A stretch of 64,000 bases of DNA from Lytechinus pictus (Eukaryota), in assembly GCF_037042905.1 (NCBI RefSeq), contig NC_087250.1, forward strand, positions 24,864,001 to 24,928,000, read 5' to 3'. Every line of letters begins with the position of its first letter. Within the stretch, counting starts at the first letter, position 1. The translations under genes were made by a program, and so were the position numbers. The notes under the pieces are model-generated. The model was not told the DNA's origin. It was given only the letters and a program-made list of their open reading frames with translations, and searched no databases. Positions 23,716 to 38,457 of this stretch are shown here, in pieces.

Positions 23716-25780
23716 CACAACAAAAAAAGTAAGTCCCCACCTTAAACAAACATCAATAATTTCCGAACCAATGCGAGTTTTTAATATATTTTTACATGAG
23801 CGTGTAGGTAATTTTATAAGCTACCCTCTGAGTAAACGTTATGGACGTATTTCACTTCATGCTTCAGTGAGCACCGTCAGAAGGCAAAAATGTCACTTTT
23901 CAAAAGTCACAAGCCAAATATCATGACTTTGATTCCATTTTATTGGAACTAATTCCACATTCTCATCATAAAAAAATAGTCAGAAGGCTTGTAAAAGGTA
24001 CTCTCTAAAAGACGATACAACTTTTTTGGCTAAATTTCACGGTTGAATAAGCACAAGTCCAAATTTGCCATAAATGGATTTTTACACATTTATATCAATA
24101 AAAATGATAGAATATGAAGACAGTTATTTTTGGAAGATTTTCTTTAACAATATTAATCGTTTCACGGTTCAATGAACATTTATTGAAAACAAAAAATACG
24201 ATTTTCAAATATCATAGGCAAGTATTGGTTTATTTTGGGAACTGAAAATTATCTTTTCTCAACTTTTTCGTTATGTTCATTACCAATTAACATGCTTCAA
24301 TGATTCAGAGGCGTTTAATTAAATATCCACGCTTGAATGAACATGTGGAATGCGATTAGCTCTTTTTTACGTTATTTGAAAAAATGCAATTTGTTACTAT
24401 GGATATCTGTCACAAACCTCCTTGCATAGTTCATTTGATACGATTTTTATGAAAATCCCGATGTTTAATGCATCAGTGAGCATACAATATTCGAATATTA
24501 TGCAAATGAGAAGAAAGTTCAAGGCCTTGGCCCCACTCTGTGTCGTATCAAATGGTTATTTTGATGTGCGCGCCTTTTGGATAGTGTTACTCTGAAGCCA
24601 TGTACGAAGTTTCATGAAATAAATATTGGCAGAAGTAACAAAAACCGTCCATGAAACAAACCCTCATTTCATATTTGTTAAAATTTTGACTTCGTCTCCC
24701 ATAGACTTGTGTTCATTATGGGTGCACATGTTTAAGAATAAGTAACCCCTTACTCAATATGGTGGAACTTTTTTTCACGGCTGTCTTTAGCAATGTCATT
24801 AGGCAGTAATGTTTATCAACCTATGGGCAGAATATTGTGCAAAAATGAAATCGCTTTGTTTATTTATGGATGAGTGAGCACGCATCAAAGTGGGAAAATT
24901 GGTATTTTCAATGTCACAGACTCATTTGAAAGGGTAATAAAGTGAATATTGGGGGCAAATTCGGTTCAAATAAGACTATAATTGCTATTGTTTTTATCAT
25001 CCATCATTTCTATCACCACACACTTTCCGAACTTTAAACATTTTCATGGTTGAGCGAGCACATTCGAAAACTTAGGAATGAATACTCTTTATACTGCATA
25101 AATGTATTCTTTTCCTAACAATTTCTCATGATCAGTTTAATTTATGGACAAATCAGTGGTGGGTCCAGAATTTTAGAATGGGGGAGGGGCCTATAATCGG
25201 GGGAGCCACCAACATTTTCAAATTTAAACATGATCTAACAAGTTGTAGAGGATACTTACTACCATAAACCCCTATGATGATACGTCACAATACAGGGGCC
25301 GGGGATGGGTTTTCAAAGTGGGGGGGGGGGCAATCGTATGGTCATTTTTACATTTTTGTACATGCTTTTGGAAAAAGTGGGGGGGGGGACTGAAGCTCCC
25401 CACCCAACCCCCCCCCCCGCTTCCGCGGCCCCTGCAATACACTGTGTTCACTCAACCATGAACATAATGATATCAAAATTGTGTGTGGAGTGGCTAAATG
25501 ATGGATAGTAAAACAGCATAACACCATAAAATTCACCTAAAGACAACATTTGCCCAACTTTATTTGCACAATCTGAAAAACGACTCTTGTGACTTTCAAA
25601 AATGGTCATTTTTAATTCAATCTTTAATTACTCATGCATGACTCAACCGATCAATCTTATTTTTCTCCAGGAGTTGGTTAATGAGTGTAGAAAACCACCT
25701 ACGGAATATCATGTCTCAAAATAATTCCGTTCAAAAGTTACAGCAATTTGATTTAGGGGGGACTTACTTTTTTTGTTGTG
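23716..25780. mobile_element. Non-autonomous DNA transposon with TA TSD
   Basis: TA|cacaacaaaaaaagtaagtcccc ... ggggacttactttttttgttgtg|TA. No transposase ORF. Confidence 0.85.
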
Positions 25781-27245
25781 TATACATGGATTTAAAATTA
25801 TTCTACGCTCTTTGTCGTTCCGAAACAATGCTGATAATTAAATAAACATTTCAATACATTATATATATATGTAACACGCGGAAACTGATGTAGAAAGATG
25901 ACACACGACACCATTCCTTGTGTTTCGGTTCGTTTAATATCGATGGATCGTTACGTACAAAATTCCAAGTACAAGAACAAAAGATAGAAAAAAACCTGCA
26001 AAAACCAATAAGAACAAAACAATGAAATAGAATTATGATATGTTTGAAAAAATGCACAAAATAGAAATATACACATATTTGCTTGTGACTCTAAGATAAA
26101 CATTCATCAATATGACGTCAAGTAGACTCGTAATAATCAATGATAAACATGTTGTCTATATCCATTCATTAAACTTAATCAATATTGCCTGAATTCAACT
26201 CATCTAATCACAAATTCAGTTCCTCCATCGTTATGGATAACTCTTCCAACAAATAAATGAAATACATCCATCAAGTGAAATTTACCAAACAACAATTAGA
26301 ATATGCCAACAAATTAACATTGAAATACAGTGGTTAATAAATGATAACCACTCACCCTGGCAATCTGGCCTAGAGGACCATATTTCCTCTGGTGAGAGCC
26401 TCACCCGCTACACGAATGTCATGTCAAATACCTTTAAAAGGAAAGTAACAATAATTACACATAGTAAGCAATCATTGTGACCCTTTACTCTGAAAACACT
26501 AAACTAAAACATTGAATTAACAATTCAATAACCAAAATCAATTTAACCAAAATCTTCAACTCTAAAGATCATTTTACTAAATCGTTTCACTATAAGATTA
26601 GAACCGAACACATTTTTATGTTTATAACTACAATCAAGTATACAAGTACAAGTGATTAATACAAAATATAACAAAATTACATAAAAATCATCTGAAGTAA
26701 CAAACACAGATGCATAACTAATAAACTATTAAGTTCACAAAACCCCTTTAAAATAAGACGGATAACATGCTATGCTAGCCAAGATAGCTCTTTAATATAA
26801 CCTAACGTATTATTAAAGACAATAGAAAATACATTGCGAACCAACTTTATAAACTATTATTCAAAACTAACAGAATTGACAAAATAAGATAATTAAGCTT
26901 ACCTATAATTTTGACCAAAAAAATGAAGCCTCTCTGCCTGCGCCCCATGAATGGTCATAATCATTGCTATAACTTTCATCATCATCCAAATGACCATCAC
27001 ATGCATTCATCTAGTTTGTCCTCCTAAAAAGTAACCTATACACGTTAACAACTGTGGAGAGTATACGAGCAGGTTCATGGTTGCTATAACGACAGTACAA
27101 GAGAGGAGCAAAGTAGGAAGGTACTCTCCAGGTCCACAATGAATCGGTATTGATTTTTAGGATGAAAACAAAGACGGGAAGTAGAGTATCGGAGAAGATT
27201 CAACTCTCGCTCGACCATTCCCTAAAATCCCCGAACGGAAATGTG

Positions 27246-27993
27246 CACTCTAAAAAGCGAAGAGCTACAAAGAGCTAATAGCTCTTAAAGATCAAGTCTA
27301 CCTCAGAAAAATGTTGATTTGAATCAACAAAGAAAATTCAGACAAACATTATGCTGAAAACTGGATCAAAATTCGGATGTAAAATAAGAAAGTTATGACA
27401 TTTTAAAGGTTCGCTATTTTTCACAAAATAGTTATATGCACAATTTAGTCACATGCAAATGAGAGAATCGATGATTTCCTTCACTCACTATTTCTTCTTT
27501 TTATTGTTTGAATTATACAATATTTCAGGACCAACCTGACTGAACCATGAAATGTTAAACAATGTTAATTCCACATGTTCAGGGAGAAATAAAACTTTGT
27601 TTCACAGGACAATGAGGAGAAAATTAGAATATTTCATATTTCATCTAATGAAATGCAAAAGAAAGAGTGAGTGATGTCATAATTTCCCTCATTTGCATAC
27701 CGACCATGATGTGCATATAAGCGAAACCTTAAGATGTCATAACTTTCTTATTTTCCATCCGATTTTGATGAAATTTTCAGTGCTATGCTCGTTGGATTTT
27801 TCTCTTTTTATTCAAATCAACTTTTTGTTGGGATGACTTGTCCTTTAAAGAGCGTGTATAGTGACTGCAGTTCGGAGTGCTGATTTGTCTAGTTCAAATT
27901 TGAACGAGAAAAATCAGAACTCCGAAGTGCAGTCACTATACGCGCTCTTTAAGAGCTAAATTAGCTCTTTGTAGCTATTCGTTATTTAGAGTG
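27246..27993. mobile_element. Palindromic CACT-ended MITE (EnSpm/CMC-like), 2-bp TG TSD, interrupted
   Basis: tg|cactctaaa ... tttagagtg|tg. It becomes a ~190-bp near-palindrome once the nested insert is removed. Confidence 0.75.
27289..27844. mobile_element. TTAA-targeting MITE with AG..CT ends (Kolobok-like)
   Basis: ttaa|agatcaagtc ... gacttgtcct|ttaa, with inner inverted motifs atcaaaattcggatg / catccgattttgat. Confidence 0.8.
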
Positions 27994-28699
27994 TGGCAAT
28001 GAGAGACAGATAGAGGGAAATCAAAAAAGTATCAACCTGAAAATTTCATCAAAATCATATATAAATAAGAAAGTAATGACATTTTATTGTTATGTTTTTT
28101 TACAACAGTTATAATTATGCAAATCTTAGTCAGGAGCGCGTCGCCGACACGTTTGTGTTTTATAATTATGAATTATTTTGATATGGTCATAGTGATAAAT
28201 TTGATTTGTATGATTTCACTGAACATCCTAACATTGAACATATACCGTAAGCGGGGTGCCCCCATCCTACGAAAAAGTCTGGATCTTGCCCTTTTCTATC
28301 TCTTTTCTCCTCTCGTTTTCTTCATTCACCCAACTCTCCGGCCCATTTTTTTTCTCTTCGCATATTGCCACCATTTTCAGTGTCTTGCTGTCTACTCCTT
28401 ATGTTTCTTCCTCCATTTCGTTACCTCTCTTTTTTCATCATTTTTTCCTCTTGTTGATATCCTTTTTGGCCATCCTTTTTATCGTTTTCGTCTGTTACAA
28501 GTTCTTTTCTGTCTCTTCTTTTTATTTCCCCAATCTATCATCCCCTATCCCCCTGTCACTTCTTCCTACCTTTTAGCTCGAATCAGTTCGAAATAATGGG
28601 TAAATACTAAACTGAAAATAATTTCCTTTTGTGGGCCATATATGGGCCTGCCGCACCGGAAGGGTTGGTCACATTTTCTTTCGTCACGCCAAAGAGCAG

Positions 28700-31600
28700 T
28701 CCCAGCTTTCATAAATGGGGGGGGGGGGCGAAAATATTTTCATCTGCATTTCCACGTCGCGGCCGCCTTTTTTCAAGGGTTAGTCCTGACTAAATGTTCA
28801 TTCTTAGAAGCAAGATAAGGTATTTTATGTGACCTGGATATAAGTTGCCATTTGCGCGAGCTAAAATTTTTGGACATTTTATATATTTAGACATTAAAAT
28901 TAAACATTGTGACCACTTTTGTTATCTTAAATTGGAGGGGTATCTAGCTAAACGATCCATGTGAGCGCAAATTGCGAGCTGAAATTTTTAATAAAATTAC
29001 ATTGGCCAGCAAAAGATTAGTTGAAGACTGTTCTCAGTGAACCGTGAAATAATAAAATTTTCACCAATCCAAAAATGCAAGCGCGAAGTGCTAGCTGAAA
29101 ATGTCATATTTTTACCTGAAAACTCGATTGTAACCATGAAGAGGATAGATACATTAACCGAACAATCATTCCGAGCGCGAAGCGCGAGCTGAAAATTGTG
29201 ATTCCAACCAGAAAACCGTACATTCTAAGCACTTTTTGTAAGAGTAGGCTAATGTGTATATAATTAGACAATTCATGCTAGCGCGAGCTAAAACTTTTAA
29301 TTAAGCGTTCTGAAAAGGACATGTTGATTAACTGTTTGCATTGACTCATTAATTGAATACTTTTCTTACTAATCAAATAGAGCGAGCGAAAAGTGCGAGC
29401 TGAAAATTTTGATTTCCGACCAAAAAACTTGACATTCTAAGCACTTTTTGCATGAACGGTATGTGTATTATTACAATCCATGTGATCGTTATCCGATACC
29501 CTTAAATAACTGTTCTGGAAAAAGACATATTAATTAACCGAAATTGCAGTGACCGTAATAGAATACATATCTCACCAATCAAATAGAGCGAGGGCGAACT
29601 AAAAAATTTGGATATTATAAATTGAAAACTAAATATTTTCCCACGTTTTTACATTAAAACAAAACTTAGTTTCTGCATCTGTGATTGAACAAGCTGTGTA
29701 AAAAAAACATATAATGCGAGCGCAAAGCGCAAGCTGAAATTTTTGATTTCCGACCAGAAAATTGGACATTCTAAGTACTTTTGCACGAATAATATGTGTA
29801 CAACAATTTATGCAAGCGCGAGCTGATATTTTTAATTAACTGTTCTGAAAAAGGACATGTTTATTAAATGTTTGCAGCCATGATACATTTTTCACTAATC
29901 AAAAGGAGCGAGCGCGAAGCGCGAGCTGAAAATTTTGGATATTTTAACTTGACTGAAAACGAATTTTTTTTACACGTTTTCACATTTCAACAAACATAGT
30001 ATCTGCATCTGTAATTGAACAACCCGTGTACCTTAAAAAAACATAATGCAAGTGTAAAGCGCGAGTTGAAATTATCGGTATAGTACTGACCCGAAAGTGA
30101 AATTTTGAGCACTGTCCAACATGAACGAAAATTGTGGGGAAAATATTGATCTCACTGAATATATGATAAGAGCGCGAAGTGCAAGCTGACAATTTTTGAG
30201 ACTTAGACTTTAAACCGGGCCATTTTTATCACTGTCGGTGAAGCGCGAGCTGACATCTTTTGACATTTTGACTTTGAAAAATTAACATTTTGACTTAAAA
30301 CTCAATGGTTTTACACCTTTTTTTACAAAAAGAACAAGCTGAAGAGCGGCATTTGCAATTTAACTATCTGTGTATCTTAATGCGAAGCGCGAGCGGAAAT
30401 TTTCGATATTCTGAGGGAGAATTTAAGCTCTGTCGAACATGAAGGAAAAATGTGGAGAGGAAATTTAGATCTCACTTTGCGAGCGCGAAGCGCCAGCTTA
30501 GCTTTCAATGTAGATTTAGACCTAAAAAACGAGACGTATGAAGCGATACCGCAATGAAAAAGGGATTAGTAAGCCAAATAAAAGACGTTGAATATCCAAT
30601 GAAACAATGCGAGCTGAATTTTTTTTACATTAAGACCTGATAATTGGACATTCTGAGAAGGATGTTTTTTCAATGAAGATCAAGATATAGCTATATGTAG
30701 GCATATTTAAAATGATAAACAGTTATTACGAGCGCACAGCGCAAGCTGATTTTTTTTTCTAGACTTTAAAAAGGCAACACTCTTTTTGCACTTCTTGAAA
30801 AATTATGAAAACGAAGGGCATCATGCTCAACAAATTTTGATATTCAGACTTGATCAAAACTGGACGTTTGAAACATTTTTTAATATGTCTAAAGAACAAA
30901 CTTTTATCTCAATAGATAATGTGAGCGCATAGCGCGAGCTGATGTTCATACTGACCCTCTAGGGGACCTTTTAAGTGTTGTCCAAGACGTAAGAATATTG
31001 TGAAGATGATATGGATCTCAATAAAATGAATGATGCGAAGTGCGAGCCGAATTTCTTTTTTTGCGGTTTAGAACTACAACCGGGCCATTTTAATCACTGT
31101 CGGTAAAAGCACGCGTGACTTTCAGGCGATGTATACTATAAATTCTGGAATCCAATCACTGTCGGTAGATGAAGCCCCTGTGTGTTAACAGCCCTGGATG
31201 AACCGACATTTACATTCTAATCACTGTCGGTACATGAGGCAGTTGGAAAATTCCAGCTTGAATCGACAGTTTATCATTTTTCTGACAGGCTTCGATCTCA
31301 CTAAATGAATAATGCAAGCGCGAAGCGCGAGCTGAAAATTTTGGGTGATTTAGACCTAATAGTAAGATCGGGACATTCTAATCACTGTCGGTAGATGAAG
31401 CCATAAGAACAGCCCTGGGTGACCCGACATTTACGTTTTAATCACTGTCTGTACATGAGGCAGTTGGAAAATTCCAGTGTGACCCGACAGTTTATCATTT
31501 TTTCTGACGAGCGCGAAGCGCGAGCAGAACTTTTTTGGCGATCTAGACCTACAACTGGGCCATTTTGATTACTGTCGTTACCTAGTGCGTGTTCACTTTT

Positions 31601-31900
31601 TAGGCGATTAAGACTGAAAATCGGTAAATTTTAATCACTGTAGGTAGATGAAGCCGCTGGAACAGCCATAGGTGATCTGACAGTGTATCATTTTTCGACA
31701 GGCGACGGTCCAACAGCCCCTGCTTTTTTCTCTCTATCCTTCTTTCTCTTTCCCTTTTTTTCTTTTTTTTTCTCTCCTTTCTTTTTTTCGTTCTTTTTCC
31801 CTTCCTCCTTTTTTACCCTCTCTCCTTTCATTTTTTCCCGACGGGCGTGGAGATTTCCCGACGATATCCATAGTAGGGGGGGGGGGGTCGGGTATGGGGG
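28700..31900 (+). repeat. Old repeat with a dispersed gcgagcgcgaagcgcgagctgaaaattt motif array
   Basis: The motif recurs many times at irregular spacing between poly-G tracts. Boundaries are approximate. Confidence 0.65.
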
Positions 31901-32276
31901 TGCGACATCTGCTCATGTATGTATCAGTGAATTTGAAAACCACCTTGATTGTTGCATTCTTATCTTATTTTATTATTTTACTGTTCATGCGCATGAGCTA
32001 ACTGTGAACTGGTTTATTACATCTAATTATATAATAAAAATAAAAAACCTTTCTTACATTAATATTAAAAATGTTTGAAATCTTACCTAGATCATCGTGT
32101 GTATCATCATTGTCAGCATCAACTAGTCTCAAATCGATCATCAATGGTGCGACGATGAGAAACAGAAATATTACAAAGCGATGCATTGTGGAAAATCTAC
32201 AAGGCATGAGAAAGGGGAAAATAATGGTTAAAGGAAATCTAGGTACCTGGTGTCAGGCTCTCACAGTGTGTGGACT

Positions 32277-32834
32277 GGTTACACTTCGTAATTCCGAAGG
32301 TTCTTTATTCCGAAGGTTCGTAATTCCGAAACACGCAAATTGCCTATACCTCGATGTTCGTTAATCCGAAAACGTAAAAGGGTTCGTTAATCCGAACATT
32401 TGTGGCGTTATTCCGAAGGTTCGTTATTCCGAAGGTTCGATTATCCGAAAACGAAATAAGGTTCGATGTTCCGAAGGTTCGATAATCCGAAAACGAAATA
32501 AGGTTCGATGTTCTGAAGGTTCGTTGATCCGAAAACGAAATAAGGTTCATTGTTCCGAAGGTTCGTTAGTCCGAAAACGAAATAAGGTTAGTTAATCATT
32601 TAGTTTTCGGACAAACGAACCTTCGGAATTACGAACCTCATTTCTTTTTCGGATTAACGAACCTTCGGAATTACGAACCTCACTTTGTTTTCGGACTAAC
32701 GAACCTTCGGAATTACGAACCTCATTTCGTTTTCGGACTAACGAACCTTCGGGATTACGAACCTTCGGAAATATGAACCTTCGGAATAACGAACCTTCGG
32801 AATATCCGAACCTTCGGAATTACGAATGTATGCG
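32277..32834. mobile_element. Mutator/Foldback-type MITE with tandem-repeat TIRs and 9-bp TSD
   Basis: gtgtggact at 32268-32276 and 32835-32843. The arms are built from ttccgaaggttcg / cgaaccttcggaa repeats. Confidence 0.85.
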
Positions 32835-32956
32835 GTGTGGACTTGGGGTGGTTTCCTGAATGGCCCCAGAATGCTGTTCTGGAATGGTTGGCCTATCTCA
32901 TTCTTTGTCATGATTGATTCTTTAAAGGAGTCATGTAAATCAGGTTGATTCAAGAC

Positions 32957-33658
32957 TCTAAGTGCTGAATTTGTAATTGAATTTATTATCAAATACTCGC
33001 TGATCTTGACTTGCCTTATAGTGTAAGACCAACAGGTCTAAAAAAATAATAGTTTCATACACCTTACGACTGTTCGCGATCCGATTTTGGAAGAAATCGC
33101 ATTTTGCTCATTTTCTAAAAATGTGAATGGAACATATCATTTTATTTGAGGTTAAAATTAATTGAAAGAATGCTAACATAATCATTTCGAAAGATTGCAA
33201 GCATTTATTTTGGAGTAAAGGCCTAATTATTCTCAAATCGTAGCCAATCGTATGACTGCTATGACGTCATTACGACTAGATATTAAATTTGCTTTTATTC
33301 TAAGAAGTATGATAGCATAGTCACAGATTTGAATATAGGTATTCGTACGATGATTTTGAACATTACACAGTAAGATATTCCAAGTCTCAATACTAGCATC
33401 AAATTTTACTACGTTTTATTCCAAAATTGAGTCGCAGACCAATCTTAAGGTGTGCGGTCGCCTTAACTTGCAATAGCGATTTGAGAGTATATACTATTAT
33501 GTAATTATTTCCAGTATGATGGCTCGGGGGTCTTGTGTAATGGATAGTGTTATATCCATTTGGCGAGTCGAGCACAGAGTTCATTATTTAGGTCCTCTAT
33601 GCAAGTCAAGATCAGTGAGTATTTGATAATAATTTCAATTACAAATTCAGCACTTAGA
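32957..33658. mobile_element. Inverted-repeat element with a nested MITE (~33058-33464)
   Basis: tctaagtgctgaatttgtaattg...cttgacttgc is mirrored at ~33600-33658. The inner pair is caccttacgactg..gattttgg / ccaaaatt..taaggtg. Confidence 0.6.
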
Positions 33659-36600
33659 AAAAAGTACACACGGACACAAATATCATGTGATCATTGTGAT
33701 AATCCCATATTGCAATCTGGTTACAACAAATATTTTAATTTTATATGGCACCTAGATAGATCCTTGTGATTTGATTGGTTGTTTGATATCGTTTATTCAG
33801 CCCATTTTGCAATGACGTCATTAACCGCGTGCAATTTTGGATCCATTCATCGTGCAACTTTGGATCCATACGATTTTGTTCGTTATGAACTTCGATGTAT
33901 CCACCAATATGGCTTGTTTGTCTTGGTCTTCATAACCAAGCAAGAAATAGGATGGGATTGAGGACTAGGGTGATGGGGGGGGGGGTAAACACTGCTGCAT
34001 GCTCTTCGAACCCCCAAAGTAATCAAGTAGAAATCAAAATGAATGTATCAATACAAGAAAACTAAGTCCAACAATAAGGCTGCCAAAAACACAGGGAACT
34101 CTCCGTGACACCTCATTGAGACACACACTATGCGCATATTTTTTTTTTTGGGGGGGGGGGGTTGAGGCACGGTACCTGGGTAGTCGAAAAAGGAGGCAAT
34201 ATATGAAAATAAAAGGGAGAGAAAAAAACGTAGGAAGAGATCGCAAAAAATGGGGAAAGTATATAAGAAAAAAGGAAGAGGGAATAAAGGGGGTGGGGGA
34301 ATGAAGGGGGAAAAGAGGGGGAGATGAAATAAGAATAATAATAAAAGAGCGTGCATGGGCGCGTGCGCCCGCAATTTGACCTAATAGCGAGGAGCAGAAA
34401 TGATGCTCGACCTTTGGGGTGCTAATTTGATGTTTGACCGGGAGCGCATGTGTCACATGGGGGAGGGGTTGGGCAAATTGAACTTAAACTTAGGGGGCAT
34501 GAACTTGACCCGTTATGAGGGGGCACCAAACTGACCTTAAGCTCGAGGGAGGGGGTGCTTTGGTGCGGATCCGGGGGGGGGGGGCACACCGGCTCATGCC
34601 TCCCCCCTTTTGAGAGCCACAAAAAAGTGGTCGAAAGTACCGTATATGTGCAAGTGCTAACCCTTTTTTAAATTTTTGCCTGTCAAATTTTTCTGGACAA
34701 AAGTGCCCCCCCCCCCTGGAAATTCCTGGATCCGCTCCTGGCTGGCATTTAATAACACACATATAGGCCCTATATTTTTTTTTTTTTATTTAGAAGTGAA
34801 TGAATGACTCAAAATTGGTCGTATAGCTTCTCATTGGCGGCGGAAGCCAAAAAAATAGGGGGGGGGGTCGACCTGGAATTTATGGTTGGACACAGGAAAA
34901 AATTTGACAAGCAAAAAAAAAAGGTGAACAAACAAAATTTTAGGGGGGACCATAACGATTAAATTAAACAATTTTTAGGGCGGCCCACCTGAATTTAGGG
35001 GGGACGCAGGAAACAAAATTGACAAGCAAAAAAAAAAAAAAAAAAAAAAACCCTCAAATTTAGGGGGACAGGACCCGCGCCCCCCTCCCCCTGCTTCCGT
35101 CGCCTATCATAAGCGGCCTATGTAGCTTCTTAATATCATCTTAATTGCACCAAGCTTTCGATCAAAGCTTGGCACAAGAAAGAAGCTACAATATTTGTAT
35201 TGTCATTTATAGAATATATTTACTACATTCGAACCTTCTGACAAAGACGGAACCAAACGACGGCTCTCCTATCGTTTCGGCAAAATTTTGAACCAGTCAT
35301 TTGGATCCGGGGGGCCCGATCGACTAGCCGTTTTGTACTGGCGGTATTAATCAACTAGCCGTTTTGGACCGCCGGTACCCGGGCCAAATATTCTATGACA
35401 CCGGCTGCATGCAGCTCATGCACCAGCAGCAGTGCGCATGTTGTAACGACGAAACAATCAACAGACCGAACTCGCACTGCATCGGAGCATGTTTTGCATC
35501 GAAATTCATATGAAAAAAAAATTAGGTGTCATATAAACCAAATAATGAATTTTCGTGCAATGGACAGAATACTTCATGAGGTGAAAGATGAAATGATCCA
35601 TTCAACGAGGATGGATCATTATTGCATCTTTCACCGAATGAATTATTTGTATATTCATCGTAATTATCATCGTAATTATTATTTTTTTTACTTTGTGACT
35701 TCTTAGACGAGAGTCTCCTACATGTAAATTCCACGAATTTTTTTTTTTTTTTTAAATTGAAAGTGATTTTATTCGTGTCATTATTATATGTTTGATCGAC
35801 GCCTTCAAATAATCAGTAAAAACGCTGTTTAAGATTTTATACAACGTTGTTTACTATATGAACCTTACAGTATTTGTTTAACCGTTTAAACAATCATGTT
35901 TAATTTGTTGAAAATTAGATATTGAAAATTAAACTTTGTTGCTTAAGATTTAAACAGTTGTTTAAACTATTAAATAAATTAAATAATATTGTGATTTGCC
36001 ATTAGCATGGTTTGATTCATATTTAAATATAAGAGAAGCTAATTTGTTGCAATATAGAAAAGTACTTGCTGGATTTACCACGCTCAGAAATACCTAACCA
36101 TCATTGATGAAGCATAAATGAGGTTAATCAAACATAAATTGAATACTGTCGTGAAATTAAGGGGGGTAAAATGTTTGTCAAATCGAAAAGTTGACTATTA
36201 ATATTGCAAAAGAGGACAGAAAGACCTATTTAAACTGTAATATATAAATTCTGTACAGTATATATCTTATCTATAATGAATGAAGCTCAATGTATTAAAG
36301 AATTACCTGACTGTTTAATGTTTTTAAAGATCTTAACATAAATTCTCGAATAGTGCTCATCATAATTTTTAGGCATAAATGCCAAAACAGACTATTGTAA
36401 GTGTGCTTTTAATATGATCATGATGATGGTTGCCATCAAATCTCAATATTAAGAATGTTGAAAACCCTAAATAATTAAAACTCTCACAGGTAAAGAGATA
36501 TTGTCTCAAAATTTTTTTGGTCGATCAACTGCATGGGACAAATACCGATTCCCCTTTCAGGACTGGTACATTAAATTACTGTCTCTACTTTTCTTTCTCT

Positions 36601-38080
36601 TTATATTGTTAAATCAATTTTCGATGTGTTAATTTATGTAATTTGATATGTATCTTAACAAAATATCTTATAACCTGATCATACTGTTGAGTGTTTATGT
36701 ATTATCCTCATCCATTACTTTCAGTTGTAGAAAGTTGTGTTGTTTGTCATCCCGAGTCTCGTGGAAGATCAGCTTTTGATGATTGAGCTTATCTAGTGAA
36801 ATATGAATAAATCATGAAGTAAAGAAAGAAATATTAAGCATATTTGCCTGCCTTCACTTTTGGTCTCAACGGTATCAGTCACCAGGGTGCAACCAAAATC
36901 AAAGGCAGGTTTCATTCCGAATCACGCATGGTAGAAGCTCTCTCTACCAACAAATGTCATGCTATATAGTTGTCGATTATCATCTATTACAAAAGTGAAC
37001 TGTTAGCTCCTGTGGCTCTCGTTAAAATGTTTTATTTCATAATATTGATTTCAGTCGACCTATTCACTCTCATGAATCTTCAGTTCCATAACTTTATTAT
37101 ATACTTATAGTTTGCAAATGGAGCACTTGGTCGCCATGCTAAGCAAAAGCTTATAAGCTTGAAAATCATAACGATCAAATATAACATCTTGAGCAATAAT
37201 AAGCTTGGTATTTAAGCAATTAGATCTACATCTGTTGCATCAAATACATGTTTGGCCAAAGCTCTTGCTTGCGTCCATTAATACAATCAAAGTTTGCAAG
37301 CAATATGTTTGTGCATCCTCTCCAATGACTTTTGTATTATTATTTTAAGACTTTCTAGCTTTCATATCATAATTGATGAAAAGAAAAAATACCCCAGAAG
37401 GGTAAGAATTAAGGAAGAAATATTTTACCTGTCTATAGAATAGATAAACGACGGCTAAACTGACCCGGATGTTTTACGCCCTGACAGCTGGATATTCTGC
37501 TTCTTGTTTGAAGCTTAAACATATGTGCATCATCAATGTTGCATCTTCATAATTTCGGAGTGCTGCAGTCCGTTGATCAAGTTCTAATCAATCGAAATGA
37601 AATGATATCCTTTTCAAATCATTCTAACAGATGAACGGTCCTTGTATAGAGCAATATGAAGGTGCTAACACCGTGTATAGCATAAGCCATAATATCTTTG
37701 GGGTATTTGTTTTGTATGATATGGTGAAAACTTGTGATGTCTTCTCCTATGGAGTATGTTGATAGGTATATACCGGTAATTATGTCAGGAGCAGGGCTCT
37801 AGTCATGTTACCGACGTGATCAGGCGATGGCAAAGTAGCGACTCGTCGAGTTGACGACAGACAGATCATGTCTCTTAAATAACAATGAATTGTAATATTT
37901 TGCAAGATGACAGCCAATCACCGATGGGATGCTATTAAACCTCGGGGCATGCCGGTGTGTATCGCCTTTGTATACATTATCTGTCATAATTATTTTCTTG
38001 GAATATTATCTGCCTTCCGCGTTTTTGTTATTCCCTGTTGACTAAACTTGTTTTTCTCCTCTCTCTCCCACCCCCCCCCC

Positions 38081-38113
<33 letters not shown>

Positions 38114-38171
38114 TCCATCATCTTCTTTTTCCTCTTCTTTCTTCTTAACTCTTCTTCCTTCTCATCCCCTT

Positions 38172-38213
<42 letters not shown>

Positions 38214-38457
38214 TCCCCCTTGTTCTGGGGGGGGGGGGTGCTGTTGCCCCCTCAGCCGAGGGGAAAAAAGAATAAAATGAAAAAGAAAAATGATTACACG
38301 AAATTAGTTTTTTTTATAATATTCAAATCAACAGGATTTTATTCATTGACTATTATAATTATCAATATTATCATCATCATCATTATCATCATCATCATCA
38401 TTATTGTTATTATTATTTATGGATATTTAGAGACGCCAAAACAAAAAGTACCATAAG

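Noticed and set aside
26351..26905. Minus-strand splice-like signals (candidate exon ~26356-26431, donor near 26900)
   Set aside because: Stops occur in all three frames. It could be UTR or lncRNA but cannot be supported without transcripts.
37428..37985. Unique-looking segment with minus-strand splice-like ends
   Set aside because: No sustained open frame or recognisable domain.
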